Part shown: positions 47,349 to 57,503 of the stretch, piece after piece | Layout: every line of letters begins with the position of its first letter | How positions within the stretch are numbered: the first letter of the stretch is position 1 | From: Candidatus Omnitrophota bacterium | Lineage (GTDB): Bacteria > Omnitrophota > Gorgyraeia > JABMRG01 > JAFGKX01 | Reading direction: 5' to 3' | NCBI GenBank assembly: GCA_043797125.1 | Contig: JAZDPX010000049.1 | Span: forward strand, 1 to 61,421 | DNA: 61,421 nucleotides | Notes under the pieces: model-generated | Databases searched by the model: none | Seen by the model: the letters and a program-made list of their open reading frames with translations, nothing else | What the model was told of the DNA's origin: nothing | Made by a program: the position numbers and the translations under genes

Positions 47349-47729
47349 TTATAAAGTATCTAGGTAATCCTTGTAAGCGTTGGCGTCTAAAAGAGAGCCT
47401 ATCTCAGCGTTATCAGTAAATTTTACTTTACAGATCCAGCCTTCCTTGTAAGGAGATTTGTTAATTAATTCAGGCTCATTGATAAGCTTTTCATTTACCT
47501 CTATAATTTCACCGGAAAGAGGAACATATATATCGCTCGCCGCTTTTACAGATTCCACAGTTGACAATGCAGTAGATTTTTTTACGGTAGTCCTGTTTTC
47601 AGGGACTTCTATAAAGGTGATATCTCCGAGAGCCGACTGCGCGTAGTCTGTTATGCCAAAGATGGCTTGGTCATTAACTATTTTTACCCACTCATGTTCT
47701 TTTGTGTACTTTAAGTCATTCGGTATCAT
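47349..47729 (-). CDS. gcvH: Glycine cleavage system H protein
   Basis: HEW, GITDYAQ..LGD, ESVKA lipoyl lysine. Confidence 0.95.
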   Translation of the reverse strand: MIPNDLKYTKEHEWVKIVNDQAIFGITDYAQSALGDITFIEVPENRTTVKKSTALSTVESVKAASDIYVPLSGEIIEVNEKLINEPELINKSPYKEGWICKVKFTDNAEIGSLLDANAYKDYLDTL

Positions 47730-47742
47730 ATTTACTCCACGT

Positions 47743-48816
47743 CTATTTTTTATAAAACGGCGGCATTGTTATTGTCGCATTAATAGTGACTTTATTGTCG
47801 CTGAGCGTAATTGCGCCGCCTTCAACTGCGAATTCTTTTTCCATATAGCATAGTCCTATTGCCTTTTTAAGGCAAGGGGAAAAAGATGCGCTTGTTACTT
47901 TGCCTATAGTCTTGTTACTGCATATGACGTTAAAGTTATGCCTTGGGCTTTGGCGGCCTTCGGCAATAAATCCGACTAGGATATTTTTTACTCCGTCAGA
48001 TTTTTGCTTAAGAAGGGCGTCTTTTCCTATAAAAGCCTTGTCAAAATAAATAAATTTTTCCAAATTAGCCTCAAGGGGCGTATGGTCAAGGTCTATATCC
48101 TGTCCAAAAAGTGAATATCCCATCTCAAGCCTTAATGTATCGCGCGCGCCAAGGCCCGCAGGTTTTACATCGGGATTTTTAAGAAGCGCGCGCCACAGGT
48201 TAACAGCGTTTTCTTTTAACAAATATAATTCATATCCCAGCTCGCCTGTATATCCTGTCCTGCTTATAATGGTTTCAATTTTACACACTTTTGCCGTTAC
48301 AAAATGGTATTTTTTGATTGTTTCCAATTTTGCTTCCGTAAAGGCTGAGAGGACCTTTGCGGAAAGCGGCCCCTGTAAATCTATCTTTGCTATTTCATCG
48401 GATATATCGGTAAATTTAGTTGCTGAGGAAAGATTGGATTGTATCCACTCCTTATCCTTCTGAATGCAGGCAGCATTTACAACCAGCATAAACTCGTCTT
48501 CAGTCGTCCTGTATATTATTAAATCATCCAGGATTTTGCCTTCGTTATTAAGCATAAAACCATAGCGGCATCTGCCAGCATCCATATCGTGGCTGCGGCA
48601 TGTTAAAAGGTTATTAATATCCTGGTTAGCGGTGTTGCCTTTAAGTATAAACTCGCCCATATGACATATATCAAAAAGCCCCGCCTTTGTTCTTGTGTGC
48701 AGGTGTTCTTCGATTATGCCGGAATACTGCACCGGCATGTTCCATCCGGAAAAATCCACCATGCGTGCGCCTAAGCGGATGTGTTCATTATAAAGAGGAG
48801 TATTTTTTAAAGGCAT
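47743..48816 (-). CDS. gcvT: Aminomethyltransferase (T protein)
   Basis: FSGWNMP.QY, GLFDI.HMG, SRTGYTGE.GYE, GLGARDTLRLE. Confidence 0.95.
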   Translation of the reverse strand: MPLKNTPLYNEHIRLGARMVDFSGWNMPVQYSGIIEEHLHTRTKAGLFDICHMGEFILKGNTANQDINNLLTCRSHDMDAGRCRYGFMLNNEGKILDDLIIYRTTEDEFMLVVNAACIQKDKEWIQSNLSSATKFTDISDEIAKIDLQGPLSAKVLSAFTEAKLETIKKYHFVTAKVCKIETIISRTGYTGELGYELYLLKENAVNLWRALLKNPDVKPAGLGARDTLRLEMGYSLFGQDIDLDHTPLEANLEKFIYFDKAFIGKDALLKQKSDGVKNILVGFIAEGRQSPRHNFNVICSNKTIGKVTSASFSPCLKKAIGLCYMEKEFAVEGGAITLSDNKVTINATITMPPFYKK

Positions 48817-48902
48817 TTTAATTAATTATATGCCAAATGCGCGGTTTGTCAATATTTTACTTTTAAAAACACTCACTTTTATATATAATAGACACTTACA
48901 TA

Positions 48903-49778
48903 ATGATAAAAGAAGCTATGTTGTATAAAAGCATGGATGGCTCTTTAGTTGAGTGCGGCCTATGCGCCCATCACTGCAGGATTGCGGAGTCGCAATTCGG
49001 GTTCTGCAAAGTCAGGCAGAATAAGGAAGGCAAGCTGTATACGCATGTTTACGGCGAAGTAATTGCTGCCCATGTTGACCCGATAGAGAAAAAGCCGCTA
49101 TACCATTTTTTGCCGGGCAGTATGTCATATTCAATAGCCGCACCGGGATGCAATTTCAGGTGCGGGTTTTGCCAGAACTGGCAGATATCGCAGCTTTCAG
49201 CGCAAGATCAAGCATCAAAAGTAATGTATAAAATGTCTTCCGAACAGATAGTAAAAGCAGCAATAGAAAACAACTGTAAGAGCATATCCTACACCTATAC
49301 GGAGCCGACCATATTTTTTGAATATGCCTTTGATACGGCGAAGATAGCAAAACAAAAAGGCCTAAGCAATATTTTCGTTACAAACGGCTTTATGACTGCA
49401 GAGACGCTGCAGATGATTAAACCATACCTGGATGCAGCCAATGTTGACCTTAAGTTTTTTAGAGAAGAAACCTATAAAAAGATATGTAAAGGCAGGTTGC
49501 AGCCTGTGCTGGACTCGATTAAGCTGATGAAAAAATCAGGGATATGGTTAGAAATAACCACTTTGGTTGTTCCGGGTTTGAATGATTCAGAAGAGGAATT
49601 GGCTGATATCGCGGCATTTATAGCAGGCGTTGACAAGAAAATACCGTGGCACATAAGCCGCTTTTTTCCAAACTTCGAATATTATAATGTAGGCGCGACG
49701 CCTTTGGATATCTTAAAAAAAGCAAAAGAAATAGGTAAAGAAAAAGGTTTGCAGCATGTATATTTGGGGAATGTATAG
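48903..49778 (+). CDS. amrS: AmmeMemoRadiSam system radical SAM enzyme
   Basis: C..CAH.C....G.C.VR, DPIEKKPLYHF.PG, GCNFRCGFCQNW, YTYTEP. Confidence 0.9.
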   Translation: MIKEAMLYKSMDGSLVECGLCAHHCRIAESQFGFCKVRQNKEGKLYTHVYGEVIAAHVDPIEKKPLYHFLPGSMSYSIAAPGCNFRCGFCQNWQISQLSAQDQASKVMYKMSSEQIVKAAIENNCKSISYTYTEPTIFFEYAFDTAKIAKQKGLSNIFVTNGFMTAETLQMIKPYLDAANVDLKFFREETYKKICKGRLQPVLDSIKLMKKSGIWLEITTLVVPGLNDSEEELADIAAFIAGVDKKIPWHISRFFPNFEYYNVGATPLDILKKAKEIGKEKGLQHVYLGNV

Positions 49779-49802
49779 AGCAATAAAGAAAGGAATTGCA
49801 AA

Positions 49803-50075
49803 ATGGCAAAGATAAAGATACAGAAACTGGATGATATAACGCTGGAAGAGATGGGGGTAATGGCCTGGCCCATATGGGAAAAAGAAGTATCAAGATTTGA
49901 CTGGCACTACGACGAACAGGAGACCTGTTATTTTTTAGAAGGCAAAGTGACAGTTGAAACCAAAGACGGAAACGTCTCTTTTGGCGAAGGCGACCTCGTA
50001 ACATTTCCAAAAGGCTTAGCATGCGTGTGGAATATAAAAGAGCCCGTAAGAAAACATTATAAATTTGGAGACTAA
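49803..50075 (+). CDS. Cupin (DUF861-like)
   Basis: WPIWEKE.S.FDW.Y...ETCY.LEG.V...GDLV.FPKG..C.W. Confidence 0.88.
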   Translation: MAKIKIQKLDDITLEEMGVMAWPIWEKEVSRFDWHYDEQETCYFLEGKVTVETKDGNVSFGEGDLVTFPKGLACVWNIKEPVRKHYKFGD

Positions 50076-50078
50076 TAT

Positions 50079-50660
50079 ATGGCAATAGAAGAATATCTGC
50101 ACAACATAAAGGATATAAATGAGATATCAGTTGCTATTGACAGATGGGATGATATTTTTTCTGATTTTGATCCCAGCCCGATAGAACACAGGACCCTCTC
50201 AGAAGATTTTATTTACGAGCTGAAAAAGCGCCACCGAGAAAGCAAATCGGGAAGATTTATTATTACGATATACGCGCCAAAAAGTCTCCATGATGAGGCA
50301 ACAGAAAAAATGGTGATAAATAGGCTTAAGCAATATTTTCATTTCAGGGCCCTGCAGGAGAAAAAGCAGCTTAGAGGGGTCAGGATTACGGGTTTTGTTT
50401 TTGTCGCCTGCGGCATATCGTCGCTTGCTCTTTTGACTATTTTAACATATTCAAAAAAATTTACTGATTTAACGATTGAGCTCATAGGGATAGTATTTAT
50501 GCCTTTGGGATGGTTTGGCTTATGGGAAGGTTTTTCTAGAATAGTTGATAGTTCGCCTTTATTGCGCCAGGATGAAAACCTATTTATCAGGCTTTCAAAG
50601 GCTAGTTACCAGTTTAAGCACGTAGAATACAAGGAGGCAGGCATTGGAATGCAGGAATAA
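50079..50660 (+). CDS. Hypothetical membrane protein
   Basis: [13 protein letters not shown] motif and two C-terminal TM helices. Confidence 0.7.
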   Translation: MAIEEYLHNIKDINEISVAIDRWDDIFSDFDPSPIEHRTLSEDFIYELKKRHRESKSGRFIITIYAPKSLHDEATEKMVINRLKQYFHFRALQEKKQLRGVRITGFVFVACGISSLALLTILTYSKKFTDLTIELIGIVFMPLGWFGLWEGFSRIVDSSPLLRQDENLFIRLSKASYQFKHVEYKEAGIGMQE

Positions 50661-50835
50661 GAAAAACATGTCAATGTGCAATTGCACTTACCAGCCGTGC
50701 AGCAGAAAGGGCATTTGTTGCGAGTGTCTGCATTATCATAGAAGGCAGGGTGAACTTCCTGCCTGTTATTTTCCTAACGACATCGAGAAAACCTATGACC
50801 GCAGCATACAAAGATTCATCAAGGCCCAAAGATAA
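50644..50835 (+). CDS. Small Cys-rich protein (DUF6485-like)
   Basis: TTG start after GGAGG. CNCTY.PC.RKG.CCEC..YH....LPAC. Confidence 0.75.
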   Translation: MECRNKKNMSMCNCTYQPCSRKGICCECLHYHRRQGELPACYFPNDIEKTYDRSIQRFIKAQR

Positions 50836-50843
50836 AATTTGCC

Positions 50844-51392
50844 ATGAGCTATACTCTTGATAAAGTTGTAGTCGGGTTTTTGCAGACAAATTGTTATCTG
50901 CTGGCTGATGCGAAGACTAAAAACTGCGCGATAATTGACCCGGGAGCGGATTATGAGCTTATTAAGGCCCGGCTTGATAGAAAAAACCTAAAGCCTCTTT
51001 TTATAATTAACACGCACGGGCATCCTGACCACACAGGAGCAAACAAGCAGTTCAATCTCCCGTTGTATATGCATAAGGACGACGCTATTTATCTGTCGCA
51101 AAAACCCGATAAACTGCTTAAAGACGCGCAGGAAATTCAGCTTGATAGTCTACTGCTTAAGGTTATTCACACCCCCGGGCATACACCCGGGGGTATATGT
51201 ATTTTATGCGAAGATATCCTTTTATCGGGAGATACGTTATTTGAGTCCGGGATAGGGAGAACAGATCTACCTTATGGTGACGAAGCGCAGATATTGAATT
51301 CGATAAAGAGAAAGCTTTTTACGCTAGATGGCAATATTAAGGTTTACCCCGGGCACGGCCCGGAAACGACAATAAAAAGAGAAAGGAGCTAA
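50844..51392 (+). CDS. Metallo-beta-lactamase-fold hydrolase
   Basis: THGHPDH, HTPGHTPG, SGDTLF, PGHG. Confidence 0.92.
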   Translation: MSYTLDKVVVGFLQTNCYLLADAKTKNCAIIDPGADYELIKARLDRKNLKPLFIINTHGHPDHTGANKQFNLPLYMHKDDAIYLSQKPDKLLKDAQEIQLDSLLLKVIHTPGHTPGGICILCEDILLSGDTLFESGIGRTDLPYGDEAQILNSIKRKLFTLDGNIKVYPGHGPETTIKRERS

Positions 51393-51394
51393 TC

Positions 51395-51937
51395 ATGGGA
51401 ATTAGCATGGATAGCTGGTATGGTATTTTAGCGCCAAGGCCTGTTGTCTTGGTCTCTACAATAAGCAAAAACGGGATATCAAATGCAGCGCCTTTTAGTT
51501 TTGTAATGCCCGTTTCTTCAGACCCGCCTTTGATAGCCTTCGGCTCCGTTGAAAAACGCCATACTTTGCAGAATATAAGAGAGACAGGCGATTTTGTGAT
51601 TAATATACCGTCAGTTGAATTAATTCAACAATTATGGGGTTGTGCCGAGAGCCTTCCAAGAGATGTAAGCGAGATAATGCATACAGGCCTTACCGAGGTT
51701 AAATCAAACAAGGTTAAGTCCCCGAAAATAAAAGAATGCTTTGCGAAGCTTGAATGCAAACTTGAAAAGGAATGCCCTGCGGGAGACCATATAATCGTTA
51801 TCGGTAGAATTGTAGACATGGAAATAGATAAGAAGGTTTTAAACGGCAATAAATTAGACCCGCACAAGGCCAATCCCCTAATGCACCTAAAAGGCGAGAA
51901 CTTCGCCAAAGTCGGAGAGATTATCCGGGCTGAATGA
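51395..51937 (+). CDS. Flavin reductase family protein
   Basis: PRPVVLVST..NAAPFSF, LECKL, GDH. Confidence 0.9.
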   Translation: MGISMDSWYGILAPRPVVLVSTISKNGISNAAPFSFVMPVSSDPPLIAFGSVEKRHTLQNIRETGDFVINIPSVELIQQLWGCAESLPRDVSEIMHTGLTEVKSNKVKSPKIKECFAKLECKLEKECPAGDHIIVIGRIVDMEIDKKVLNGNKLDPHKANPLMHLKGENFAKVGEIIRAE

Positions 51938-53148
51938 GCAAAATAATAATGCACATAGACATGGATGCATTCTTTGCGTCTGTGGAAACAAGGGATAATC
52001 CCGCCTTAAAAGGCAAGCCTGTTGCAGTAGCAGGCGCAAACCAGCGCACGGTAATAGTAAGCCCTTCCTATGAAGCCAGGGTATTTGGCGTAAAAACAGG
52101 CATGACCAAATCGCAGGCCCGCAGCCTGTGCCCATCTATAACATTTATTACCGCAAACACCCATAAATATACGCGCGCCTGCAGTGAAATAGTGAAAATA
52201 CTTTATTCCTTTACTCCGGATATCGAGGTATATTCGATTGATGAATTTTTCATTGATGTAACCAATAGCCTCCATTTATTCGGCCCTGCCGAACAAACCG
52301 CGCAGATGATAAAGGATAAAATAAAGAAGGAATTAAAACTTCCCTGCACCGTAGGCATTTCTTATAACAAGCTGTTGGCAAAGATAGCAAGCGACAACAA
52401 TAAGCCGGACGGGCTTTTTGAAATAGACAGCAAAAACAAAAATACGGTTATCGGCAAGCTGGATGTGTCTTCGATATGGGGCATAGGACCAAGTACATCA
52501 AAAAAATTGTATAATATCGGAGTCGTGACATTAAACGATTTAAAGAGTTTGAGCATGGAATTTTTAAATGAAAAATTCGGTATGTATGGCTTAACGCTGT
52601 ATAATATGGCGCGGGGAATCTGGGATGATGAGGTTGTAACTGCAGATAAGCAAGAGCAAGCAAAATCAATAGGCCACAGCATGACCTTTAGCGCTGATGC
52701 CAATGGTATTGAAGAGCTAAGAGGATATCTTCTTGAATTGTGTAAAAAGGTTGCTGAAAGATTAAGGCGCGAAAATTTAAAAGGAAAGTGCGTAAGCGTA
52801 ACAGTAAGATACAAGAGTTTTAAGACCTTTTCAAGGCAAAAATCCACAAACGCGCTTATCGATACAACAGAGCGCATTTACAAAATAGCCACAGATATAT
52901 TAAAATCCATAGATCTTAAAGAGCCTGTCAGGCTTCTTGGGGTAAGTATTTCGAGATTAAGGCAGGATGAATATAAGGGTTTTCTTTTTAAGGAAGAAGA
53001 GAAAAGGCACAAAATCGATACTGTACTCGATCAGATAACAGCAAAATTTGGCAACACTGCTATAACGCTTGGGTCACTTGTCAACAAAAGGTCCTACAAA
53101 AGAGTCATTTCCCCGGCCTGGCGGCCTTCCGGAGCCAGGAACTATTAA
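51934..53148 (+). CDS. dinB: DNA polymerase IV
   Basis: HIDMDAFFASVE, SYEAR.FGV, SIDE, KLLAKIAS..KPDG. Confidence 0.95.
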   Translation: MSKIIMHIDMDAFFASVETRDNPALKGKPVAVAGANQRTVIVSPSYEARVFGVKTGMTKSQARSLCPSITFITANTHKYTRACSEIVKILYSFTPDIEVYSIDEFFIDVTNSLHLFGPAEQTAQMIKDKIKKELKLPCTVGISYNKLLAKIASDNNKPDGLFEIDSKNKNTVIGKLDVSSIWGIGPSTSKKLYNIGVVTLNDLKSLSMEFLNEKFGMYGLTLYNMARGIWDDEVVTADKQEQAKSIGHSMTFSADANGIEELRGYLLELCKKVAERLRRENLKGKCVSVTVRYKSFKTFSRQKSTNALIDTTERIYKIATDILKSIDLKEPVRLLGVSISRLRQDEYKGFLFKEEEKRHKIDTVLDQITAKFGNTAITLGSLVNKRSYKRVISPAWRPSGARNY

Positions 53149-54311
53149 ACAGACATCTTTAATATCGCTACAATATCTTTTTCACCCAAAGGCTTAAAAG
53201 ACCCTATTGTGTCCTCGGATTTAAGCGCCATTTTCGCCATGACGCTGAATTTATCAACAGGGACTTTAACCTCGGTTAAAGTTTTTGGCAGGTCTAAGGA
53301 TGTAAAAAATTCTTTTGTCTTACTAATAGCCCCGTTAGCTATATCTATATCTTTTTTATCTTTATCTATTCCCCAGACATTTATCCCGTACTCTGCGAAT
53401 TTAGGCAAAGTTTCTTTGCTTAAGACATATATCATCCAATTTGGAAATATTATCGCAAGTCCTGCTCCGTGACTTATATCATATATTGCGCTTATCTCAT
53501 GCTCTATTGCATGGCATGCCCAGTCCTGCTCCTTGCCTTCGCCTATTAAACCATTAAGAGCCAGAGTGCTTGCCCATAAGATATTAGCCCTTGCCTCATA
53601 ATCGCGCGGCCTTTTGCAGCAAACAGGCCCGTATTTAATGCATGTTTTTAATAAGCCTTCAGCTAATCTGTCCTGCGCATCAGCGCCTTTTGTGTGGCTA
53701 AAATATTGCTCAAATACATGCGCCATTATATCAGCAACGCCTGCTGCCGTATGAAATTTATTTACGGTATAGGTGTATTCCGGGTCTAAAATAGAGAAGG
53801 CAGGCTTAATTTTTTCTGTGATTAGCGCAAGCTTTCTTTGCGTGTCTTCATTGCTTATAACAGCATTGCCGTTTGCTTCAGTGCCTGTAGCGGCAAGGGT
53901 AAGCACGCAGCCTAAAGGCAGGGCGTTGTTTGGTGAGGCATCTTTAACAAAAAAATCCCATACATCGCCGTCATGTTTTGCGCCTACCGCAATTGCCTTG
54001 GAGGCATCAATTACGCTGCCGCCTCCGATACCTAAAATAAAATCTATTTTTTCTTTTTTGCATATCTCTATGCCGCTATATACACTCTTAAGACGCGGAT
54101 TTGGCTGGATTCCCGAAAGTTCAACATACCAGACGCCGGCTTGCTTGACTTGTCTCATAACATCATCAAATATGCCGTTTTTCTTAATACTGCCCTGGCC
54201 TGTCGTGATTAATATTTTTTTTGCCCGTTTTTTTAATTCCTGTGACAACGCCGTTATCTGGCCTTTGCCGAAATAAATTTTTGTCGGTATATGGTGTATG
54301 AAATTTAACAT
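53145..54311 (-). CDS. Iron-containing alcohol (butanol) dehydrogenase
   Basis: GGGSVIDASK, TLAATG.E, H.FEQY, H.IEH, HGAGL. Confidence 0.9.
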   Translation of the reverse strand: MLNFIHHIPTKIYFGKGQITALSQELKKRAKKILITTGQGSIKKNGIFDDVMRQVKQAGVWYVELSGIQPNPRLKSVYSGIEICKKEKIDFILGIGGGSVIDASKAIAVGAKHDGDVWDFFVKDASPNNALPLGCVLTLAATGTEANGNAVISNEDTQRKLALITEKIKPAFSILDPEYTYTVNKFHTAAGVADIMAHVFEQYFSHTKGADAQDRLAEGLLKTCIKYGPVCCKRPRDYEARANILWASTLALNGLIGEGKEQDWACHAIEHEISAIYDISHGAGLAIIFPNWMIYVLSKETLPKFAEYGINVWGIDKDKKDIDIANGAISKTKEFFTSLDLPKTLTEVKVPVDKFSVMAKMALKSEDTIGSFKPLGEKDIVAILKMSV

Positions 54312-55150
54312 TATTTATACCCGCGTTTTTTTAGGTATATCTTTGTCAGAAAATCAATCAGGGTTTCAGGAGAGACTTTTTTAACCAGCCAGACAAACCT
54401 GGCTTTTGATGTTATTACATAACGCGCGCGCGGCCTTTTGCTTTCCAAAGCATGCGCTATTTTTTTTGCCACGGCCTCCGCAGGCGCTTTTGTGCCTTCC
54501 ATGGTTATGTTAAGCCGCCTTTCTTGTATAAGGTTGTATGCCTTAACGTGAGGGCTTGTTTTTTTATTTTGGAGCGTATACATAAGCTTTAGGGAATTGT
54601 CATTAAATTTTGTCTTTATAGAACCAGGCTCTATTATAGAAACGCTGATATTTGTATCTGATAACTCGAGCCTTAAAGCATCAGATAAGGCCTCAAGAGC
54701 GTATTTACTTGCGCAGTAAGCGCCCATGTAAGGAAGAGTAAATCTTCCTACAATAGAACTTACATTTACAATGCGGCCATGATTTTGCCTTCTAAATACA
54801 GGTATCAGCAAATTAGTCAGCTCTTGTAAGCCGAATAAATTAGTATCAAATTGTTTGCGTAAAATTTCCTGAGTTAAATCCTCAACAGCGCAGGTTAAAC
54901 CAAAACCCGCATTATTAACCAGGGCATCAAGCTTACCTTGTGTTTTGGAGAGCACATAATCAGCAGCCGCTTTGATAGAAGAGGAGCTGTCAAGGTCAAG
55001 GGCGCATGATTCAAAACCAGCGTCAATCAAAGCTCTTACATCTTCGGGTTTTCTAGCTGTTGCAAAAACTTGCCAGCCTCTTTTTTTTAGCATTTCTGCG
55101 CAAGCTCTCCCTATTCCGGATGAAGAGCCTGTGATAAGTGCGGTTTTCAT
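54311..55150 (-). CDS. Short-chain dehydrogenase/reductase
   Basis: TGSSSGIG, NNAG, YCASK. Confidence 0.92.
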   Translation of the reverse strand: MKTALITGSSSGIGRACAEMLKKRGWQVFATARKPEDVRALIDAGFESCALDLDSSSSIKAAADYVLSKTQGKLDALVNNAGFGLTCAVEDLTQEILRKQFDTNLFGLQELTNLLIPVFRRQNHGRIVNVSSIVGRFTLPYMGAYCASKYALEALSDALRLELSDTNISVSIIEPGSIKTKFNDNSLKLMYTLQNKKTSPHVKAYNLIQERRLNITMEGTKAPAEAVAKKIAHALESKRPRARYVITSKARFVWLVKKVSPETLIDFLTKIYLKKRGYK

Positions 55151-55217
55151 TAATCTCCTTGCTGAGTCAGCGTTAATATATTATAATATAGCTTACTAGA
55201 AAAGCAAAGGCAAATTA

Positions 55218-55276
55218 GGGGACGGTTCACCCCCAAGCTTGGGGACGGTTCACTACTGTGCTTGGAAAGTGTCCCC
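55218..55276. repeat. GGGGAC-family repeat cluster
   Basis: GGGGACGGTTCAC twice, followed by GTGTCCCC. Confidence 0.6.
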
Positions 55277-55286
55277 TGCGCATAAC

Positions 55287-56084
55287 ATGTTTAAAATCCT
55301 TATATATATAATAATAATTGTAGTTATCCTTACAACGTATATCCGTTATATTGAAGGCCGCAGCATATTCTTTCCTATGAAAAGGATGGAATTTACGCCT
55401 GATTTTGCTAATCTGCCTTACGAAGACGTATATATAACCACACAGGATAATGTCAAAATAAACGGCTGGTTTATACCTGGGGATAATGCCAAATATACGC
55501 TTTTATTCTGCCATGGCAATGCTGGAAATATCAGCCACAGGCTTGAGAAAATAATTATCCTTCGCGATATCGGCGTTAACATATTCATTATTGATTACAG
55601 AGGCTATGGCAACAGCGAAGGCAGCCCTTCGGAAAAAGGCCTGTATATTGATGCAAGGGCAGCATACGATTATCTGGTTAATACCAGAAAAAATGCCCCA
55701 GAAAACATTATTATTTACGGAGAATCTTTAGGCGGAGCGGTTGCTGTAGACCTTGCCTCAAAGGTAAAGGCAGGAGCATTAATAGCAGAAGGAACTTTCA
55801 GCAGCGCAAGGGATATGGCAAAAAAGATGTACCCGTTTTTACCTGCGCTTGTTTTCTCAAGCAGGTTGGATTCAGTATCAAAGATTAAAAAGGTAGGCGC
55901 GCCTAAGCTTTTTATTCACAGTAAAAACGATGAAATAGTCCCATTTATCCTTGCCATTAAGCTTTATAATGCGGCAGGAGAGCCCAAAGACATGATAGAG
56001 CTTTTTGGCGGCCACAATACCTACCACATAGACTCGAAAAACAAATATATTTCTTCAATAGCAAAGTTTTTAAGCAGGCTTTAG
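55287..56084 (+). CDS. Alpha/beta hydrolase (ABHD13/Bem46-like)
   Basis: N-terminal TM, HGNAGN, DYRGYG, GESLG, D..V, GGHN. Confidence 0.9.
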   Translation: MFKILIYIIIIVVILTTYIRYIEGRSIFFPMKRMEFTPDFANLPYEDVYITTQDNVKINGWFIPGDNAKYTLLFCHGNAGNISHRLEKIIILRDIGVNIFIIDYRGYGNSEGSPSEKGLYIDARAAYDYLVNTRKNAPENIIIYGESLGGAVAVDLASKVKAGALIAEGTFSSARDMAKKMYPFLPALVFSSRLDSVSKIKKVGAPKLFIHSKNDEIVPFILAIKLYNAAGEPKDMIELFGGHNTYHIDSKNKYISSIAKFLSRL

Positions 56085-57370
56085 GGAGAAATCCACTTCT
56101 CTTTTGGCGGGTTAAAATATCCGAATTTGATTTTGGAGAAGCGTTTTTTAATTTCTTTCATCAAATTCTTTATACCTATCATATTTTCCGGTCTTAGGGC
56201 CACCTTCATAAGTCTTGCGTAAGCAGCAGGGTCATAATTCAGATTTCGCCACTGTATCATATCAATACGGTTGTCTTTAAGAAATTTAAGTAGGGTTTTT
56301 ACTTCTGCGATTTCATCCGTAAATCCAGGGGCAGTGAAATAGTTTATCGAAACAAATCCCCCAGCTGCTTTTGTGTATTCTATAGACCTTATAACATCCT
56401 CAAATTTATAGCCTATGGGCTTAAAATAGGCATTGTAATATTTTTCCTGTACGCTATTTAGGCTTACGCGTATGCTGTCCAAACCTGCCGCAAAAAGCTG
56501 TTTTACGATTTTAGGCTTGCTGGCGTTGGTATTCAGGTTTATTGTGCCTTTTTTTGTATCTTTTCTTATTAATTTGATTGCTTCAAGCAGCACATCGCTA
56601 ACCATAAGCGGTTCCCCTTCGCAACCTTGCCCGAAACTTACCACAGGGTTTCTTACGTCATTAATATGAAACAGGGCTACTTGAGATATTTCTTCAGCCG
56701 TTGGGGTAAAGGTGATTCTTGGTTGTGTTATAGAGCAGTTTTTATCAGGCTGAAAAGATAAACATCCTGCGCATCTTGCGTTGCATTTCGGAGAAGTTGG
56801 CAGTGGACATTCGTATCTTTGTAAAAAGAAATTTTTCCCTGCAGGGCAGTTATAAACAAGGGCGCATTTTGTAAGGTGCTTAAACAATCTGTTGCCGGCA
56901 AATATTTTTTCAAATTTCTTTACATTTTGTTTTATCTTTTTAATGCTCATTAGCCTTAAATCCTGCCTTTTTTCCCTATCAACCCTTACTGCAGGCACAT
57001 AGAAATCCCCATCATAAAAAGCTACAGGCGCATAAGAAAAAAGAGGCAGCATTTTGGCATTTTTTTCCTGGACATATGCTGTTGAGTATGTGGCTGTGTA
57101 TCCCGGTGATACAAAAGCAGCTACTGCAAAGCATTTTTCTCTTAACTTTGAATAAGGATTTGTCTTTAGGGTTGTAAGCTGGCCTGTTTTTGAATCATAG
57201 CCAACAGGGTATCTTTCAGGCAGCACAAAAAGCTCGCTTCCAAAGGGCAATTTTATCAAATCTTTCCTTGAAAGAGGAAATAGTATCCCTGCCTTTGATG
57301 CCGCAGGTTGTAGGCCGGGCACATCAAGGATATTATGGTTTTTATCAGCTATTATTAAGGCTGGCTTCAT
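56081..57370 (-). CDS. Radical SAM protein
   Basis: PTSPKCNARCAGC, SFGQGCEGEP, NLNTN. Confidence 0.88.
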   Translation of the reverse strand: MKPALIIADKNHNILDVPGLQPAASKAGILFPLSRKDLIKLPFGSELFVLPERYPVGYDSKTGQLTTLKTNPYSKLREKCFAVAAFVSPGYTATYSTAYVQEKNAKMLPLFSYAPVAFYDGDFYVPAVRVDREKRQDLRLMSIKKIKQNVKKFEKIFAGNRLFKHLTKCALVYNCPAGKNFFLQRYECPLPTSPKCNARCAGCLSFQPDKNCSITQPRITFTPTAEEISQVALFHINDVRNPVVSFGQGCEGEPLMVSDVLLEAIKLIRKDTKKGTINLNTNASKPKIVKQLFAAGLDSIRVSLNSVQEKYYNAYFKPIGYKFEDVIRSIEYTKAAGGFVSINYFTAPGFTDEIAEVKTLLKFLKDNRIDMIQWRNLNYDPAAYARLMKVALRPENMIGIKNLMKEIKKRFSKIKFGYFNPPKEKWISP

Positions 57371-57441
57371 ATTATTCGCTTATTATAGGCTCTATAAGGG
57401 GCGTTCGCAAGGCGAAAATCGCATATTTGCCCGGATTTTGA

Positions 57442-57503
57442 TTGACAAATAATAGGACATATTATATAATAAATTTATAAAATAAATAGGACATATGTCC
57501 TAT
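57442..57503 (+). promoter_or_regulatory. Consensus sigma-70 promoter and palindromic operator of the HTH-Fic gene
   Basis: TTGACA(57442)-17 nt-TATAAT(57465). AATAGGACATAT lies in the spacer and recurs in the perfect palindrome ATAGGACATATGTCCTAT (57486-57503). Confidence 0.75.

Noticed and set aside
48817-48902. Glycine riboswitch upstream of gcvT
   Set aside because: The intergenic region is only ~86 bp, holds divergent promoters and shows no aptamer motifs.
48903-49778. amrS without amrA/amrB neighbours as a novel system
   Set aside because: The partners can be encoded elsewhere, and nothing else here is unusual.
53145-56084. 4-bp stop-codon overlaps of convergent genes (53145-53148, 56081-56084)
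   Set aside because: Common in compact genomes.
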